64,000 nucleotides of DNA, taken from Candidatus Omnitrophota bacterium. GTDB taxonomy: Bacteria > Omnitrophota > Gorgyraeia > VGKN01. Under the pieces are notes generated by a model. The model saw only the letters and a list, made by a program, of their open reading frames with translations. It searched no databases and had not been told where the DNA came from. The stretch lies in contig JAZDNB010000009.1 in the NCBI GenBank assembly GCA_043800345.1, forward strand, positions 27,340 to 91,339, in the 5' to 3' direction. Below, in pieces: positions 33,201-34,280 of the stretch. Made by a program: the position numbers and the translations under genes. Positions within the stretch are counted from its first letter, which is position 1, and each line of letters opens with the position of its first letter.

Positions 33201-34280
33201 CGCGTTGTCCCTTCCCCGGAAGCACTCGGTCTGATTTGCGTAGATACCAAAGTCGGAACCCTTGATATTGTAACCGACCCACAGTATACAGCCGAGCATC
33301 CGGAAGCCTCCTTTGCCATGGAAGCGGGAAGCGAAACTACTAATGCCGCCCTGGCACTTGCGAATCTTGGATATGGTGGAATTACGCTTATTCGTCCTAC
33401 CGGTACCGGATTGGTTGGTCAATATTCCAGAAAAAGCATTGAGCAGTATAAAGGTATAACGCCAGTATTCGTCGATACAAAACATGATGATAGGCCGTAT
33501 ATTGCATTGTCTCCTGCGCCGCAGTCTATTCTAAGTCCCCCGAGGCATACTATTAGTCTAACCGAACGCCGTAGGCTTCTCGCTGCTTTTAATGAAAGCC
33601 TGCAAACATCAAAAGAAGCAAGGATGGTACTTATGAGCGGGACCTCATTTGGCGCCATAGACATTATACCCGAGGTCATCGCAAAAACAAAAGAACGAGG
33701 TCTTAAAAGTGCGCTCATATTAGGAGAGGGTTGGCCAAAAGAGTTGGTACTAGACATTATTGCACATCAACCCGATATAATGACAATGAACAAAGATGAA
33801 TTTAAAGTATTATGCGCATATACGCTTGGAGAGAGGGAAACGGCAGCTATAATGTGGGATACTGTTACAGGAGAAGAGATTGCCGCGCTCGCACAAAAAA
33901 TTGCAGATAAAACCAAAGGTATTATCTGCGTTACTCTTTCCGATAAAGGAGCCGTTGTCGCTACAGCCGAGGAGAGTTTTATAGCAAGCAGCACGCAACA
34001 AGCAACCGCAAAGACTACGTTACGTTGCGGAGATGCTTTTACCGGTTATTTTGTCTTGGAATTATTACGCGGCAATACGTTAGGCGAAGCTTTAAAATTT
34101 GCAGTTTGTGCCTCAAGTGCCAAGGCGCAAATTTCCGGACCACAGTTTCCCGACCGTGCTCAAATTGAACAATTGGCACCTCCCGTGATTGCACGTCCGG
34201 TTATTCATGAAATTAAACCTATGAGTGCTCCGTTCTTAGATGATTTAGAAGCCGAAGAAGCTCTTGCTAGGTGTCTGTAA
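1..34280 (+). CDS. Giant multidomain megaprotein, 5'-partial (more than 11,375 aa in window). Reading frame 3 is open from nt 3, so the gene starts upstream of the window. The ATG at 153 is only the first in-frame Met. Stop is TAA at 34278-34280.
   Basis: No stop codon in frame 3 from nt 3 to 34280. The upstream 150 nt encode GVNIDTRAPPTRQAIVKLLGPLSNIILL..., which matches repeat modules inside the ORF. All antisense ORFs across this span are under 160 aa. Many conserved enzyme motifs occur in this frame (see domain features). Confidence 0.9.
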   Translation, partial: GVNIDTRAPPTRQAIVKLLGPLSNIILLSLSSYLLANTQLSGFLGALTIWVVISSAFSIVASVRGYTTYKTGDLYEAVELLSQKDISPPEDTVSKLEKLPEVLVSAQDFISGEHDDNIANDVNTLLESYKSFPVLAVISLVLVHLRAQGLNKTEFLKSPIGRKLLLSNSQLDFILEIARLGLIDNLEQKLAPENENALLEALQRLSAMTGGQISINEIFESIIIAFKIEQMNFGIEKGNYRSSLIKRSRSKDRHVEIPLATKGYYKFLKRLRREKVNNIVTERYVAMMVDFDDTITLDMIAEELRKGHRLAVNTARTAVNLYLFQALLDKYGLTEEQKGYLTIYMDMGARKFTYSNKQFIESEEFRAYWSDHELLGYGEIWVALQSTLEMNGYSGDLITQTAPYKLYVDIGKDTPGSVAELTKKSDSIARDLQNNLRKLGYNLTVIRAGDSKIIIYPAGINKQRAAVDYASSLGVSQDKILKLDDRGASCFNNGFSLVMMPGAIWLDADTRTDFAIVITPSDLQNELGGLKRGYEATSSILGTFIILSQLPAGTDSQFISLVKGLYSLDREVRARTIHMLARYNTELAIRYLIASLYDDKQTSQVALDYLINLNVGDGTVERLLVEAVNQPEKFLELPYTQCAIQKAKKRSASRVIRGLSLQALAQRGLEFVDRRSLAIDVREIIEKTLKTDPWTCAQEILVYAQTGAEGVKEFLIELAAQENVEIRDAALQGLLYLLTVDDKPFFYKAYEKSRNKIIFASVAGKVFADDLDGFLSILKKAEDASVRSALIRSLVYSKVDSEIMGQMLLEWVQENRVDEKEIIAVAFIAGERCLPQLSKQLFSYLSATASVEIRLAVTIALHQIISVLPVSQNNLRDDIISGLSLEAAKTLSINPELSSFITRSITGLLGYPDVSTFPIENYSEKMVRDIEKLCRQNEYILSVRLAPSSLTKGYWVPGSDIDHIKVYLDARADVQEIKTLKDAFVSIFKRYGVFLSIEPVRVETVTPDAIPSPQDESKAKLALWDNGVFYWDYGSIYQLGEDFENWLYEGRFVNPKFEYRILMMFYLGYLSREKIERILKVGQVLPEELEIVRRRILSTLDIPISANARRVLSYLHILTMAGSLTEIYPKLILPAYRRDYFLKGLIELGNIGLVTLDTESGMLTTPFYHYESKIQVVDALQEPGILKWLKARMEPGLYARDICVMISSVQEADLAINKALEEGLPQVQLFISPGKDFDAKQVGQILDFIDKRRAELENFPILAGIKLSITPDSDILSLRESVGIANGPLVKLLREKHMRLDCISFSNVRIPWIDIATRTNGLEILRHNLDSLHFFTSSATIHHLDIARIEISASEVEKLVDLIDGGKLEPNKLEKIFAMLAEFGIQVELPEARLGQDKVSIYFEEVIKSYNARAPPSRQIQFTDSSRHTVALLPVVKRLGVLEETLQQIFESRRLSEQLIAYLDSYLTAHYTRFDGDLEALITSLIDSYSLELKTDFSQVIYTGREKGIDHSLWNDMPEELRRVLIRRKLDGADISKDIAHFLGNIKPEDIEWFDIEDFSVRTRHIYKINYKIQVKIKNVPTPISVFVKITTSAEETFWGETAQLLGLSNLRVVGLPEKGKGLLLIEAGPGRTLDDISANDLQNRDIAKAVFSALGSYALHDVLSIGDASLANNLVGENISNILSIDHVECLRNELNIGVQYKADRRGLYLVTKLRDTLSPEDITELLVAYEKSYIASYMHILKNADDIERLIIKYFGQDSDALGIFRKNLLLVGSDICGFFDTSEKMILADMPITKAMEHIRNKVTDQDQARITAREVMNEMGLTSELHIKLINDALFSELSIKDTLSQLRRVDISQPSGQLENCVMKILRRLAEKQLLQEPEIVGMLDNMIAENEEIVQQLRAGRSTYVPQLLLDHQSVEDLTRAFNAMGSLYGRLRFYNWRTKIDERGGVNRDWDFEHGSMEEFDEYLRENNVYWAYYNRTHSGEHKRDLKDRVSGLEIPISHQKEGLRTIADVIKKTVIDFIHQKYGEDLDVEVISIRVNGSRFYKLSTTDKAADIDNVTVVTARRDGQEIPIRDIIYELPLSARIPGINLTGMAITSSYYVNGHSHDPHTMLTYVSSLRSGIPIVGPHAYQSTMPEDIQLLDVINLIGSGSDYLRRGPGYYRKWVNRTAEVYLVLFKLGLLENFDLNAHTAMIDKIHNAIISNDQKFLSEFLAWAQGEEEHLTALVIKRLEEYSHRRKLVLLNGFYSTADSEEASALQDTLRSLNSEFDDIQSAHKEIPVTEHYWSGWHHRLHRCYDDTASLESHKELLAAEDKTFDITLAQKSPYGDILNALFERYALTTGIAGIMFSSQEAWAYSIYLALAKNPHTPVTLLRQIYNVVEAMKEGGRNVLAPSSVFYQIELALANNVNIDTKLLKKIANANLPDSEIGIAAQKTLKIRAAAKELAKSNNLLIAYRAAKKLQDYGSVVSPLLVRMIRNINPKDMFTPLLATRILGTVGDVTATSTLIDLLNQASNHYLGKDHKEALGYFAAEALGNIGDDRAITVLFSHLGFFRYDDAIRRATHSPVAFAATQSLLKMNKDPEMTSAINQKVIRYIHDILTYDGDMNTNNMEYIEFCYRSQNIVYLLARLDMDRQEKITLLKKVIEKTSEVMMPDLLMIEIMHEAISALGELKAEECVPLLIATFYDKRAPPEVRAEIIEALGDIGTTVAAEFIKNIAATHEKKPKPQVNVDPERLVYNALSRTMLRLDARQHKVTEDHGLKIWHASFHGLYDSGIRGLGFPDGGGQIYYHISVAKQLGMLDEDLEVRSLVRASGSQDWDINVDFGAPIDRLSARAELDRIPFGPDGVINRYDLWHFMDDFDRNMTRYMEYAGMPDVLHIHSADAGTLALARWAKSHNIPVVFVVHSPGLVKLEALTASRLPILRTIGEDPRREFLGLKESMELIMRIEAENEFLELSDKVVTYTDHEIREQWKGYPAYEAAIRANKFYTIYPGIDHDVFKPTSALTPEELERTKPVRDRIINEIRRQIKEAGIIGPVFSIGTLARLVQRKNFEGLVESWTQSSVLVNNSVIFIAGGSADVLMKGETTEALRGTEKEIYRSMVENARRVQTEDGQDASKRLIFLGNLEHETDVPEYMRILADGIPQEGVEHPRPDHPEDWAVYPYGVFINPALYEPFGFTLLESAACGAIPIMTANGGAIEVIDEAVNGFIVNPSAPESIRRALLTVFFSSNRQTMSEAAITNVERNFSWPRHARETLKVYRTVTGEETEVAESLVQKTFDYYDSFIAAPQYVVSETTFTPEAKIDVLLVEPQDFVDTAVAIGKDIIGRFSDRSLREKIEEYRKREVRERVNHEILRAESIFQEAERIRSENPDSRGAEEFVKKTISLYAQAENIYAKIGVALRSPDDIISRQQQIARLRESYIVTSGYEDTRPDQIWYVTCCDRDIEPLLGSYLEELKLWGFGGDRIYDPIEGGTYYKKVEIAIFEDSTDETIINKNLAIIEKYRSLGLKIRYCGIEDSLVKDAPELGPRDRVRKQLWYTSQRDIIRFFGKERALRLLGMSPEKFDLPAERQITETGRRGYGNAREGVRLWALYEYNRMPHNVLLGSIDDDEPIGQIIQSASGYKVLRHATNWFNNYGRMFERYPDISILSGNVTGDSAIEGVAPNIFVKTCSHLLTLLDFASFRSPHDAWPAEDDIRELYRAQAPNPAYGLNPTAHAHINENMAARKYAQATKKQYRFPIPEQGQLTLGEQLRMILEDINSVYFGRWLTRPILYRHGGVVIGAQDEPIPYIRKAPEGPVMGGLLLMRKDAFVSWPLPKGGFHDLRYASPTHLRLLPKFGFPVHGVFMPARHQRTQEYRFDLMQSEEMLDFQKKINYGLEDEIGNRLFFAMLDFYHIDSAEGLQTMPFDASVFAREHPEIYDRIVKDAVRTQITNIKEINRLVGLLKAMFNQQYWWQLDSNFTQAITELKRFVAIAEANYGTYDITDLNVRIRHYMEETGFAALTAYLNGMRDGIEVVHSVISEKITLPPVKSVSELPISEPQTQSTLANFFTYALKGKFTVLNWITRILGLPAIVMEELISHYLIGNFFARVHLQSPTLSYVGVNIDTRAPPLRQAIVKLLGPLSNIILLSLSAYLLSSTHLSGLLSVITAWSLVASVLSIVASVRGYATYKTGDLYEAAQLLKGKYPRLISFLGIEESRLLSTLSKISITCAIAAVVTLYSFFRVNIFSSYTRPIVGADVFISFLAVAAWLMWVREIFNTIFNRALYILRKGIPELTRRSLVVLIATGIIVMTSVLAPFTPTLNSDTSYMASTSTPLVQKNNFAQLPSQRLPIIQVTPELYRAPAAQEALRQITKEEQTTLNVIFSEYVALKNTLRNNGITQEEINAQAARFLTSQLSARCPRLYPLYREFERLCTRYGEEGRVLLALGAGRDPIFAPLISFFSGYLGFGKYIKGEVPTHAALVSLTGEGSPIMYEMIPGKDVRATSLIEFFMRYPTAQLYLFPKTDTTLFDELSVYLQQQVGAKSAFGYFSWVNGRFFGGYCSEFIYSVLIKIFGSHFSIALPAYPPTNGWLFFSPFVMGSKIISPLQLGGLTIDGKPLQLIFEGPGFSETVAAALVRNIGNLFIWAGNRLINVVNNTVSPVFQQVLLFVATGVIPLLVLAKRRLFSSRPAQETTNEAEAEGLTLREKLEIISGVSFIEILVIKLLSNYVAIPLAIAIPLLASFILYAAVKRIPLETQEDARDIDKRDTTQSALANFFTYALKGKFTVLNWITRIVGLPAIVIEEVISHYLIGNLFARVRLQRPTLGYVGVSIDTRAPPTRQAIVKLLGPLSNIILLGLSAYLLANTQLSGLLSALTIWAVISSALSIVASLRGYTTYKTGDLYEAAQLLRKTKKQLELSADDEIMLGTMTHGWGTGIRWMVEKESIRDLWTISKQFEFQFGNLKKRFLKTEHAKLSPYEQKIFDKLGELYVALTAYKPSSVTIGKALEGILSEARRQEGIDIAELGAALTELEQRYANIENEFKQQKTHEEIAANLKQAMAAALRAMMPGTLQEEITSHPFWGRAIGFMVEHYIPVRDPRYVGRPIQELYLILQETINTLFTEYHYKQDGQYEDSYKEVKARARENALLAVGIIRPILNEVFQNGPQVVIGEDENLRRIVTSLENQKRHLTELDYQEYIALAPEERKSREPVITRMVEEERSKKMHWLAWPGQNEFIHELFMVRAEVLIGEDANLHHRFANLIRQKRRLAELAYQEYIALAPEERKSREPVITRMVEEERSRKILWFAWPGQNKFIHELFMLRAELETVYLLAIAGNTMDFGDQKFVARIEQAQKEGKSSFDFLLEDVVKIFEDGLSAPHNVDEMLADLVKGRNLLGARQKRMGDDFSDEYRPKITVLYDNAGEDILELLHVEFLLRLGFNVNMAGRALPVINDATADELRDIVTCVSFPDYMDRVDKARKALGIKNDAAWRQLTRLRGDFNVNFRIRQRCKALSSGSRLYGTVPAQMSEECKKEIAESFMVIGFGQGNFESVWPVLWTRPFYHVLMLKTAARLGKTFSDHFKDMSRIILCNPATNREEEEKAEQQLAVSAGGLKALNADDPRVIAVLNAMRAHFGERLPSSLSNIFIRVENFIPGGVVGETQIAMAAERAVKKMFGKNVLIGPDEEQLRLLGQAGNEDMWFVVLSGKYLYIGDNTHIGPNSIVDNSRLGANCLVVDSMLDNTSLSAGTTARRLINRRGILSRGLKLEDYGEIMEHGSIEPLSARKVFLRELRKKGVTIIAPWLTYIDSSVTADQIEEGVVLLPGVVIRQDDEAKGSVRIGKGCVLGLGAKITNTVIESSVERPTEVISSSLMDCHVGSGIKMTLEELERESIVSGTLKPQEEQLPVGLLFDEQGSITGRRYRINPHSVLETVSNEEYYRLSQAAMKEYRQDLRKRLADSREKAEELAKEKGRPVTARKRNNVTRSIEFVLSLAHLPQILAERYVYDCLSKTTAVSPLQRSKERYNRAAFCEHPFADDNETTYYSFLRRELYKIPDESKRLICALKLVALGNYFDRDEVLRSDGKFAHLVRLIREDGLEKALDDEDIRRYFSATFEDSQQFVDDLLASQKGIRTIDARGKGTVLLSANDCGLEAAMHMILAEALTDCNFKVVITANNSPMGHDLDVRDVHDLFGKDKSAVVRVYGKEQLVSEELVRCFNEGRVRVISDGSGTRGINPVDVSSDLYDVIMNQEDALAWILTGGSNLSNVLPVGREIPQPKLYLANNDRKVQIVVGKANMNVEEERALIYYQPYKKILKMERDLEEQWSEISDELMIQPSFMVWTREWHDERKVPQFAKNATSKIKEALRFLETKDESLIRRARLLEVELVESGPHIKTRFRSSFDKVFFVNPKTGTVYIDKKFFESVIVRKDSELILATILGKAATMVQSLETYERENHIISKEAISSCNRLSETTGKMIYLEFDNVVDDFLATEETKAARSRTERFINILPARIRPAISRSLEQINTLLLKALDGIHKRLCEIVFNQAHLSRLTNDLELVADAIKVKDLRNKRIKNILNGLGGSFVRFSTLRMIYRVLMFGNYLTYRGIGRNGEVRSVALNHISSHGVYNFLRVIDDFQRGRNVNLGELSVYVQNYSELLKDIRSHLEYLQTVHKRLAAIPSVEYRNGIHITYERWAGGSIYEFVINNENISIGEVVKVIEEIASEQSHEPRTLEPVGVVREMPTFRLLGRPGVIGGFFRVRGGKIDAGIQQVILSQQSERRTKAQAYFPKREVTYGYIAPEALHPLAATFIQMREFSDDAEGYNEAEDFVNAITKAKTPKDILYAAFFQAMTPHKPREFSHKKTKYILDLDLIEILGEVLFILGQFKESDFPEGSYLYWHEAMRALKASMLSQEVASHQVRLDPMVKEVVIDLFSKIKKANLHNHLSGSVRPELLLITLLKSYKARERFVEVIVVNDEQVYRNKRKYKTLQEAYEEDKTQDPRIEALSFNEWVDLKFRRAFELPSDSMKILSSFISQYSDTYGFDCLRELDIRELLKSEPVLVEQWQNAVRHMWSFIEYKPFEARNEIDLMGYFYKLEPVYCVLKSDIGNEATRLFVKDLAIDLFTKDGVRVFELMTAGSSQTAVMETGGVIRQKSREAIAIELENKLVPTLEGLIEAEKELNGKLATGLQVLLLKEDYRNLGVEKMRIEQEALSRAGDLSGEDIIKYILGPYRQRTGVTNEDLELTLGTRVFNRMRNAMGTGGVTRQIADEIGPEALQRIYVRLEVLARVQEVIDAQVDGIIALKERWQTEKPEYAQRLVSIGTAGEEIDFVSWTHRRALRKASQYGFKITAHAGEEIRDPIASVERVKYVAKSVDDGGYQANRVDHATIISVHPERLQGFRSPRELFELRQKQIEATQLLVQMGVPVTKCLVSNRWISKVLLGDDEMQIHFLLKIMPSLIVLSPDNRQVFGRVDGVSEELIRADTSPTLEELWEYNCNIRYGELLTIVDNGFRSTFVQPERVQSVLASEPEETSRLAATSGAEEEAIGPEEGFTAKSLISMFIGIGLGALLGIAFHSVLAGGIVGFIFFSQILSIIIATSRLKHPVLIEDGNVKALKERPALSNFFKLAGHTADTVYINPYLPEFFQRWYLFHEQNEQLLEKRLPKPITELIATALDVSYIPISVGSLMLQKAKSIQARIPSGIFVWKKTEAFPSVPVSSGLDEQVFVSEASRREIVFFGSGYIGLVAAACLADKGHNVTLIDVNEDTISKLQKGEIHIYEPGLKDLIARNKERLHFVLNRAGTDTPEAVAATERADIIYTCVGTPQSDDGSANLTYVKEVATTLGKVLKNVSRDKIIIMKSTVPIGTTEGENFGEVIYSIVDEQSRKFIHLVDNPEFTREGQAVSDFMKPDRTVIGIKEADAYAQAEMRLFYSAFEGKGYGEFLLTDVRSAELIKYGSNGFLALKISFINELSILAERFGFDIKIIADHIGKDRRIGRAFLNASLGFGGSCFPKDVQAFCHTVEMAGVSDEIPHQVIDVNERQKKRFVKRIADSLRKVGAQGPVTVSVWGLAFKDNTDDIRESSSLYIIRDLIESAKAAGIDITIRAYDPNPGACHNTSSRTIAQGGLKELIDEGSVIICDNIEESLEGSYAMVIATEWKNWSRQTGRPFGLNDKKNLRYIEGRLKGRLIFDGRNLIDKPALLGTGLTYHSVGRPVYYGNYIKNFISSFINLFRQCTFYGYVIYYCLSTPGYRRLLFKKEGLGFTLWELGRLSALYLKATFAYIIYEVAENKGANGDEVLKGMGYDRRIGPEYFKPTPGRGGPYLPTATKLLVQIGEDFLKREDIPDVTDKQKQLRARVRNLELLASIDKANEGQVIKVMARLRTALGVEKVAGGNIAVLGTAYKGAASSIEGSVAMRIITDHLAYCSSIVVFEPDPEARARAKKMLKNSTNVIFAENMDDLKNKARGVGGLDALLILTDNEEFKLLDTSGIRKRTAKMVVYDTCNVTDPANFTDKPHVIYIRTGRPMFMGMEVLPRNGNRGSPVLARAAETQHSLLVSTLYNNFNSAGTIITRIVWGVLWLTALVTVGISHEFTHMISALSLSLKVTRKREFYKGNISIDGPPQRVNIAKALAPLAGPFIIPLFLTAVSLLLNVQIDIPNWIKILYLGFSVVSFIYDLSSEGDLAELYRPLKGRVQNFASKLFGADASLLPKKIGLAVVIFGTIGLLNIVLMCIFLPYPDVLLILWGNFGFGVLLFIFAILGWLDTLSERIEKFYYMHLWQKALPSYYTHEAWKVAKENRVIFPYLHGEGSRVSEPNTYKYFTLFKFGDPEAIREYSEYMASHIRYDISSDIEPEESEYYDFFDPEKWVVLSKVHPVPPLHSTQMLGRLLAERLKVKLVSLNERSSFGNYSKLSLDEREKVVYGNLVVENPEEVRGKNVIIYDDVSISGFTLMEMARAAFAAGARSVRAYTMFDPKNDPKFEIGAYRYLMYEHPELVLPILQSDMSIAQTAIKYLMRFASESPDAFENLMRQVKDERLREILDLVTSYLQITSKEDTLNPTPLFNIITSLLPARAYAERPDSEVKPVEIGFAVTVDRDGKTEVDHSLNANAIFSTPEIIEQVGAHLAKAVDDSIDISRFTPGAYPAGLHIVAPNRSGMLTAIALERQLGCSLHRFDEDFPWLKKGDAIIIAIDKPTRELLKILKICEAKGIFVAAVCTLTKNNISNVEKYLKRKGIPFVSSPHIHTMFGDLNVDMQDRELLAPLLTGESSLGERLQGLKQLKDKSLRGTLPNEFCDSMLTAMEDWPSPSLAVLYAYQMGYNYITFTDRRDITPEATKEALEAARILKISVCSPYYTTLKRATYYPEEIALQTQLLSAIPELDMFQRKVKESRGVLKRGIEHLNKDGITSPDPYLALSAQYSRQIEEIVQALCPVVLEHLRRTIPGFKLTEQDFALCIGGSAAGRTATLASDLEVDFIARDEKSADAVTEHFAPLLAQCLRTIGIEITPPDDLFRAQLRERHLIKVDKLFDYRVGAYSEQAKGLIRALSYEFAWGSKDVYSNFMASVPPELKPDIPHDIMSRMTEFTDGYLRLSEDGEGEFDGRNFVVSVDSERDLIMNVQRSLRVFQIGLFESLVRKLPQYLMSGLNPSLTEDAIPRTIPELLVFMNERGFFGDIIPQQEIEKVVLAWKRTIMARQIKVALTGGLNSAVSLGQLPPTLLNDFVILHDFILSHVITRRSIFQTKIQRLLGELAFSIFTRLMRDAADTTYDENSRHFDIRGTMRHAVTEQSRLLEAVRYLREAAAAYAAGDAEAYEKSLRAYGEYQRALYEDLKINYRNTDPSLEVLCEFANKLPKVLGASHIPGWGGNIGIWADEKDVIAIRRTITNFIRSDGYRNVLQKQYPDLSPKEINEKVMATVRGVIIFTPGPAANTVIEGDVDRLIEALRDPNSSTVALLKKIYGEEDTYRDGQKFAYYELARQRYLSLLEEFKRLHPDAKNIVVSRSGGRVIFAGTHSDYHYGRVLNAPTLSDTLVVMAINPLSNQVQANTMDELFPQASFNPERLDIINIPKEDLNTTQWYRYVAYTLYFLSQMIRRSEGRTLDQPGLYILVDGRPEDKALPVGAGLSSSAALDVAVSIAFLGLTGRKLTASQITAACQEAEHALGFPCGAQDPFGAMRGWLPGAEPDKMYGQLMDCLPMVDAGGRPVFNAELVELPPGLNAVLINTGAKSPRWPLEFSARVAEGMLGTFMLAHMLRQRFQTQFDGLLREGDMEERYYSDEASGVRVKPENAGTFPLFYKPFLVSFPELRRLGIDISERELAHMIDMLPKDMTKAQLVKILGWLLYNDLFALGGLKEENVDAVFTMLAKGIEASFDGKDFERERLEELKAAIRNELKAQVSMQELEPPSASVTVFEESKVAKASEVEEKDIRGVIRDDHDRLYSEAMGEALALRAVTQPTNVVICLTTYESAEFIERTLDEIMKEIKYFPNFYRVQIFVSPNGPGCNEITSRIQEFFRTRAPGFASRVSVLPLTLGGQMYAQQSMVKTIKAHPKFFGENPMLLWIEDDVRFLDGSLYKVAETLRTQTIEKRQALLVGCRKVRLNPESVRQKPQGILRRIMGSVLNGSENEDSLTRTQHLSRAIPSMTGSNLALWADAWPLRTYDALLYNKVGIYPDTVLLNLFHHSVPEAGMRTIPVEDAVVYQLSSSSFSERLSRETAPRSRENYFPVRHGRILISGTPHPLDSLKTRITVFLRYLVYAYLTEPTRRRITRSGLTKSIEEATWTRAQETLDWSDKNTDVIQVRTLDSHRPEHRILQEGITFTQQLLAYKYAREDRMVQGGERFGIRAKEIENSPAATLAIRVMNKTLSRLRREYPHSRYSVDDYKHLLAYSVLAQGSPSEIRAFKVFLLSGMSAKAMKKRIVEMLKNGLYDLVEREILNIVDADTIDDVLPYTIAYDNTISPKKRIEILLTYLTTGQLLYKAEELIPERLAQSYADIYNQYTNPSGKWLFKTTDAVSCARLFKAKRRIAKGNMAAVEKLNREFIRGYYQLNPRQRAQLSLALLNEENPQLLERRVVPSPEALGLICVDTKVGTLDIVTDPQYTAEHPEASFAMEAGSETTNAALALANLGYGGITLIRPTGTGLVGQYSRKSIEQYKGITPVFVDTKHDDRPYIALSPAPQSILSPPRHTISLTERRRLLAAFNESLQTSKEARMVLMSGTSFGAIDIIPEVIAKTKERGLKSALILGEGWPKELVLDIIAHQPDIMTMNKDEFKVLCAYTLGERETAAIMWDTVTGEEIAALAQKIADKTKGIICVTLSDKGAVVATAEESFIASSTQQATAKTTLRCGDAFTGYFVLELLRGNTLGEALKFAVCASSAKAQISGPQFPDRAQIEQLAPPVIARPVIHEIKPMSAPFLDDLEAEEALARCL
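860..1530 (+). other. HAD-superfamily phosphatase-like domain (IIB-like) in giant protein 1. Motif I is intact (FDDTIT); the C-terminal GDxxND motif is degenerate (LDDRGAS).
   Basis: MVDFDDTITLD matches the DxDxT motif I. Downstream ...GINKQRAAVDYASSLGVSQDKILKLDDRGASCFNNG follows the HAD-IIB layout (sucrose-phosphate phosphatase type). Confidence 0.45.
2790..3080 (+). other. Minimal Pol-beta-type nucleotidyltransferase motif (GS-x9-DxD)
   Basis: RLAPSSLTKGYWVPGSDIDHIKVYLDA. Confidence 0.35.
4690..5110 (+). other. Protein-kinase-like (aminoglycoside/choline kinase APH fold) domain, possibly a pseudokinase
   Basis: VKITTSAEE...LPEKGKGLLLIEAGPGRTLDD. SIGDASLANNLV matches HGDxxxxN with I in place of H. 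SIDHVE matches the IDxE (DFG-equivalent) position. Confidence 0.3.
7400..8170 (+). other. HEAT / PBS-lyase-type alpha-helical repeats
   Basis: Repeated xxALGxIGDxxAxxxL units, for example ILGTVGDVTATSTLIDLL, AAEALGNIGDDRAITVLF, AISALGELKAEECVPLLI and EIIEALGDIGTTVAAEFI. Confidence 0.55.
8290..9810 (+). other. GT-B glycosyltransferase domain (GT4), sucrose-phosphate synthase / sucrose synthase-like
   Basis: FHGLYDSGIRGLGFPDGGGQIYY resembles the SPS N-terminal motif HGLIRG...DTGGQVKY. The C-terminal EPFGFTLLESAACGAIPIMTANGGAIEVI is the canonical GT1/GT4 E-x7-E nucleotide-sugar binding motif. Confidence 0.7.
12155..12575 (+). repeat. Copy 2 of a ~420-nt hydrophobic (multi-TM) module: STLANFFTYALKGKFTVLNWITRI...SHYLIGN...VGVNIDTRAPP..RQAIVKLLGPLSNIILL...RGYxTYKTGDLYEA
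   Basis: About 80-90% nucleotide identity to 14280-14700 and (3' half) to window nt 1-245. The first ~70 nt are identical between copies 2 and 3. Confidence 0.85.
14280..14700 (+). repeat. Copy 3 of the hydrophobic module. Its 3' 245 nt are about 90% identical to window nt 1-245.
   Basis: Direct nucleotide alignment: taggggtaagcatcgatacgagggcaccgccaacaaggcaagccatcgtaaagc... versus window start taggggtaaacatagatacgagggcaccgccaacgaggcaagccatcgtaaagc... Confidence 0.85.
15483..15950 (+). repeat. In-frame tandem duplication, 2 x ~237 nt (79 aa); near-identical copies
   Basis: Both copies encode ...L(T/A)EL(D/A)YQEYIALAPEERKSREPVITRMVEEERS(K/R)K..W(L/F)AWPGQN(E/K)FIHELFM(V/L)RAE. Long runs of identical nucleotides between the two copies. 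Confidence 0.85.
15960..16770 (+). other. DUF89 (ARMT1-like damage-control sugar-phosphate phosphatase) -like domain, copy 1
   Basis: KITVLYDNAGEDILELLHVEFLLRLGFNVNMAGRALPVINDATADEL matches the DUF89 core (DNAGxE...D..L...V....K..P..ND.T..E). Confidence 0.4.
17080..17620 (+). other. Left-handed parallel beta-helix (hexapeptide-repeat) domain, nucleotidyl/acyl-transferase C-terminal type
   Basis: IGDNTHIGPNSIVDNSRLGANCLVVDSML and VVLLPGVVIRQDDEAKGSVRIGKGCVLGLGAKITNTVIESS show [LIV]-G-x-x-x-x hexad periodicity. Confidence 0.5.
17930..18860 (+). other. DUF89-like domain, copy 2 (more divergent)
   Basis: GTVLLSANDCGLEAAMHMILAEALTDCNFKVVITANNSPMGHDLDVRDV parallels the DNAGxE...ND.T motif of copy 1. 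Confidence 0.3.
20750..22400 (+). other. Adenosine/AMP-deaminase-like metal-dependent hydrolase domain
   Basis: NLHNHLSGS matches the HxHLDGS metal-binding motif. FKITAHAGEEI matches HAGE. RVDHATII matches the downstream His/Asp region. Confidence 0.55.
22650..22790 (+). other. Transmembrane hairpin (ISMFIGIGLGALLGIAFHSVLAGGIVGFIFFSQILSIIIATS)
   Basis: About 40 consecutive hydrophobic residues with Gly-zipper-like GxxxG spacing. Confidence 0.5.
23185..24640 (+). other. UDP-glucose/GDP-mannose 6-dehydrogenase domain. The N-terminal Rossmann domain, central catalytic domain and C-terminal domain all appear intact.
   Basis: IVFFGSGYIGLVAAACLA matches the NAD-binding GxGYVG. NPEFTREG matches NPEFLREG. 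LGFGGSCFPKD carries the catalytic Cys. GLAFKDNTDDIRESSS matches the FK..TDD.R.S motif. LIFDGRNLI forms the C-terminus. Confidence 0.8.
24780..25570 (+). other. Second, degenerate UDPGDH-like central plus C-terminal domains, with no Rossmann domain and no catalytic Cys
   Basis: LKGMGYDRRIGPEYFKPTPGRGGPYLPTA aligns to GIGLDxRIGxxFLxAGxGFGGSCFPKD with the Cys replaced. VLGTAYKGAASSIEGS parallels GLAFKxxTDDxRxS. MVVYDTCNVTD parallels FDGRNxxD. Confidence 0.5.
25690..26300 (+). other. Polytopic membrane module with HExxH in a predicted TM helix (GISHEFTHMISAL), resembling M50/site-2 proteases
   Basis: HEFTH lies inside a hydrophobic stretch and is followed by four or more further hydrophobic helices. 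Confidence 0.3.
26600..26910 (+). other. Type I phosphoribosyltransferase (PRTase) domain
   Basis: GKNVIIYDDVSISGFTLMEMA matches the PRPP-binding motif (hydrophobic x4 - DD - hydrophobic - x - SG - x - T). Confidence 0.6.
27420..27660 (+). other. Second, degenerate PRTase-like segment
   Basis: GLHIVAPNRSGMLTAIALERQLG...GDAIIIAIDKPTRELL. Confidence 0.25.
28150..28900 (+). other. GlnD/GlnE-type nucleotidyltransferase motif region
   Basis: FALCIGGSAAGRTATLASDLEVDFIA matches the G[GS]-x9-10-[DE]-h-[DE] Pol-beta NTase signature as seen in GlnE/GlnD. Confidence 0.4.
29950..31100 (+). other. GHMP kinase domain, galactokinase-like
   Basis: GRVIFAGTHSDYHYG matches the galactokinase signature GRxNLIGEHTDY. 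LPVGAGLSSSAALDVAVSIAF matches the GHMP ATP-binding motif PxGSGLSSSAAL. Confidence 0.7.
31340..32100 (+). other. GT-A (GT2-like) glycosyltransferase domain
   Basis: NVVICLTTYESAEFIERTL resembles the GT2 N-terminal ...IPTYN..E.L...L motif. LWIEDDVRF supplies the DxD-type acidic motif. Confidence 0.4.
33220..34160 (+). other. pfkB-family (ribokinase-like) carbohydrate/nucleoside kinase domain at the C-terminus
   Basis: EAGSETTNAALALANLGYGGITLI resembles the ribokinase GG.G.N.A.A.A.LG motif. C-terminal TTLRCGDAFTGYFV resembles the pfkB DTxGAGDxF signature. Confidence 0.5.
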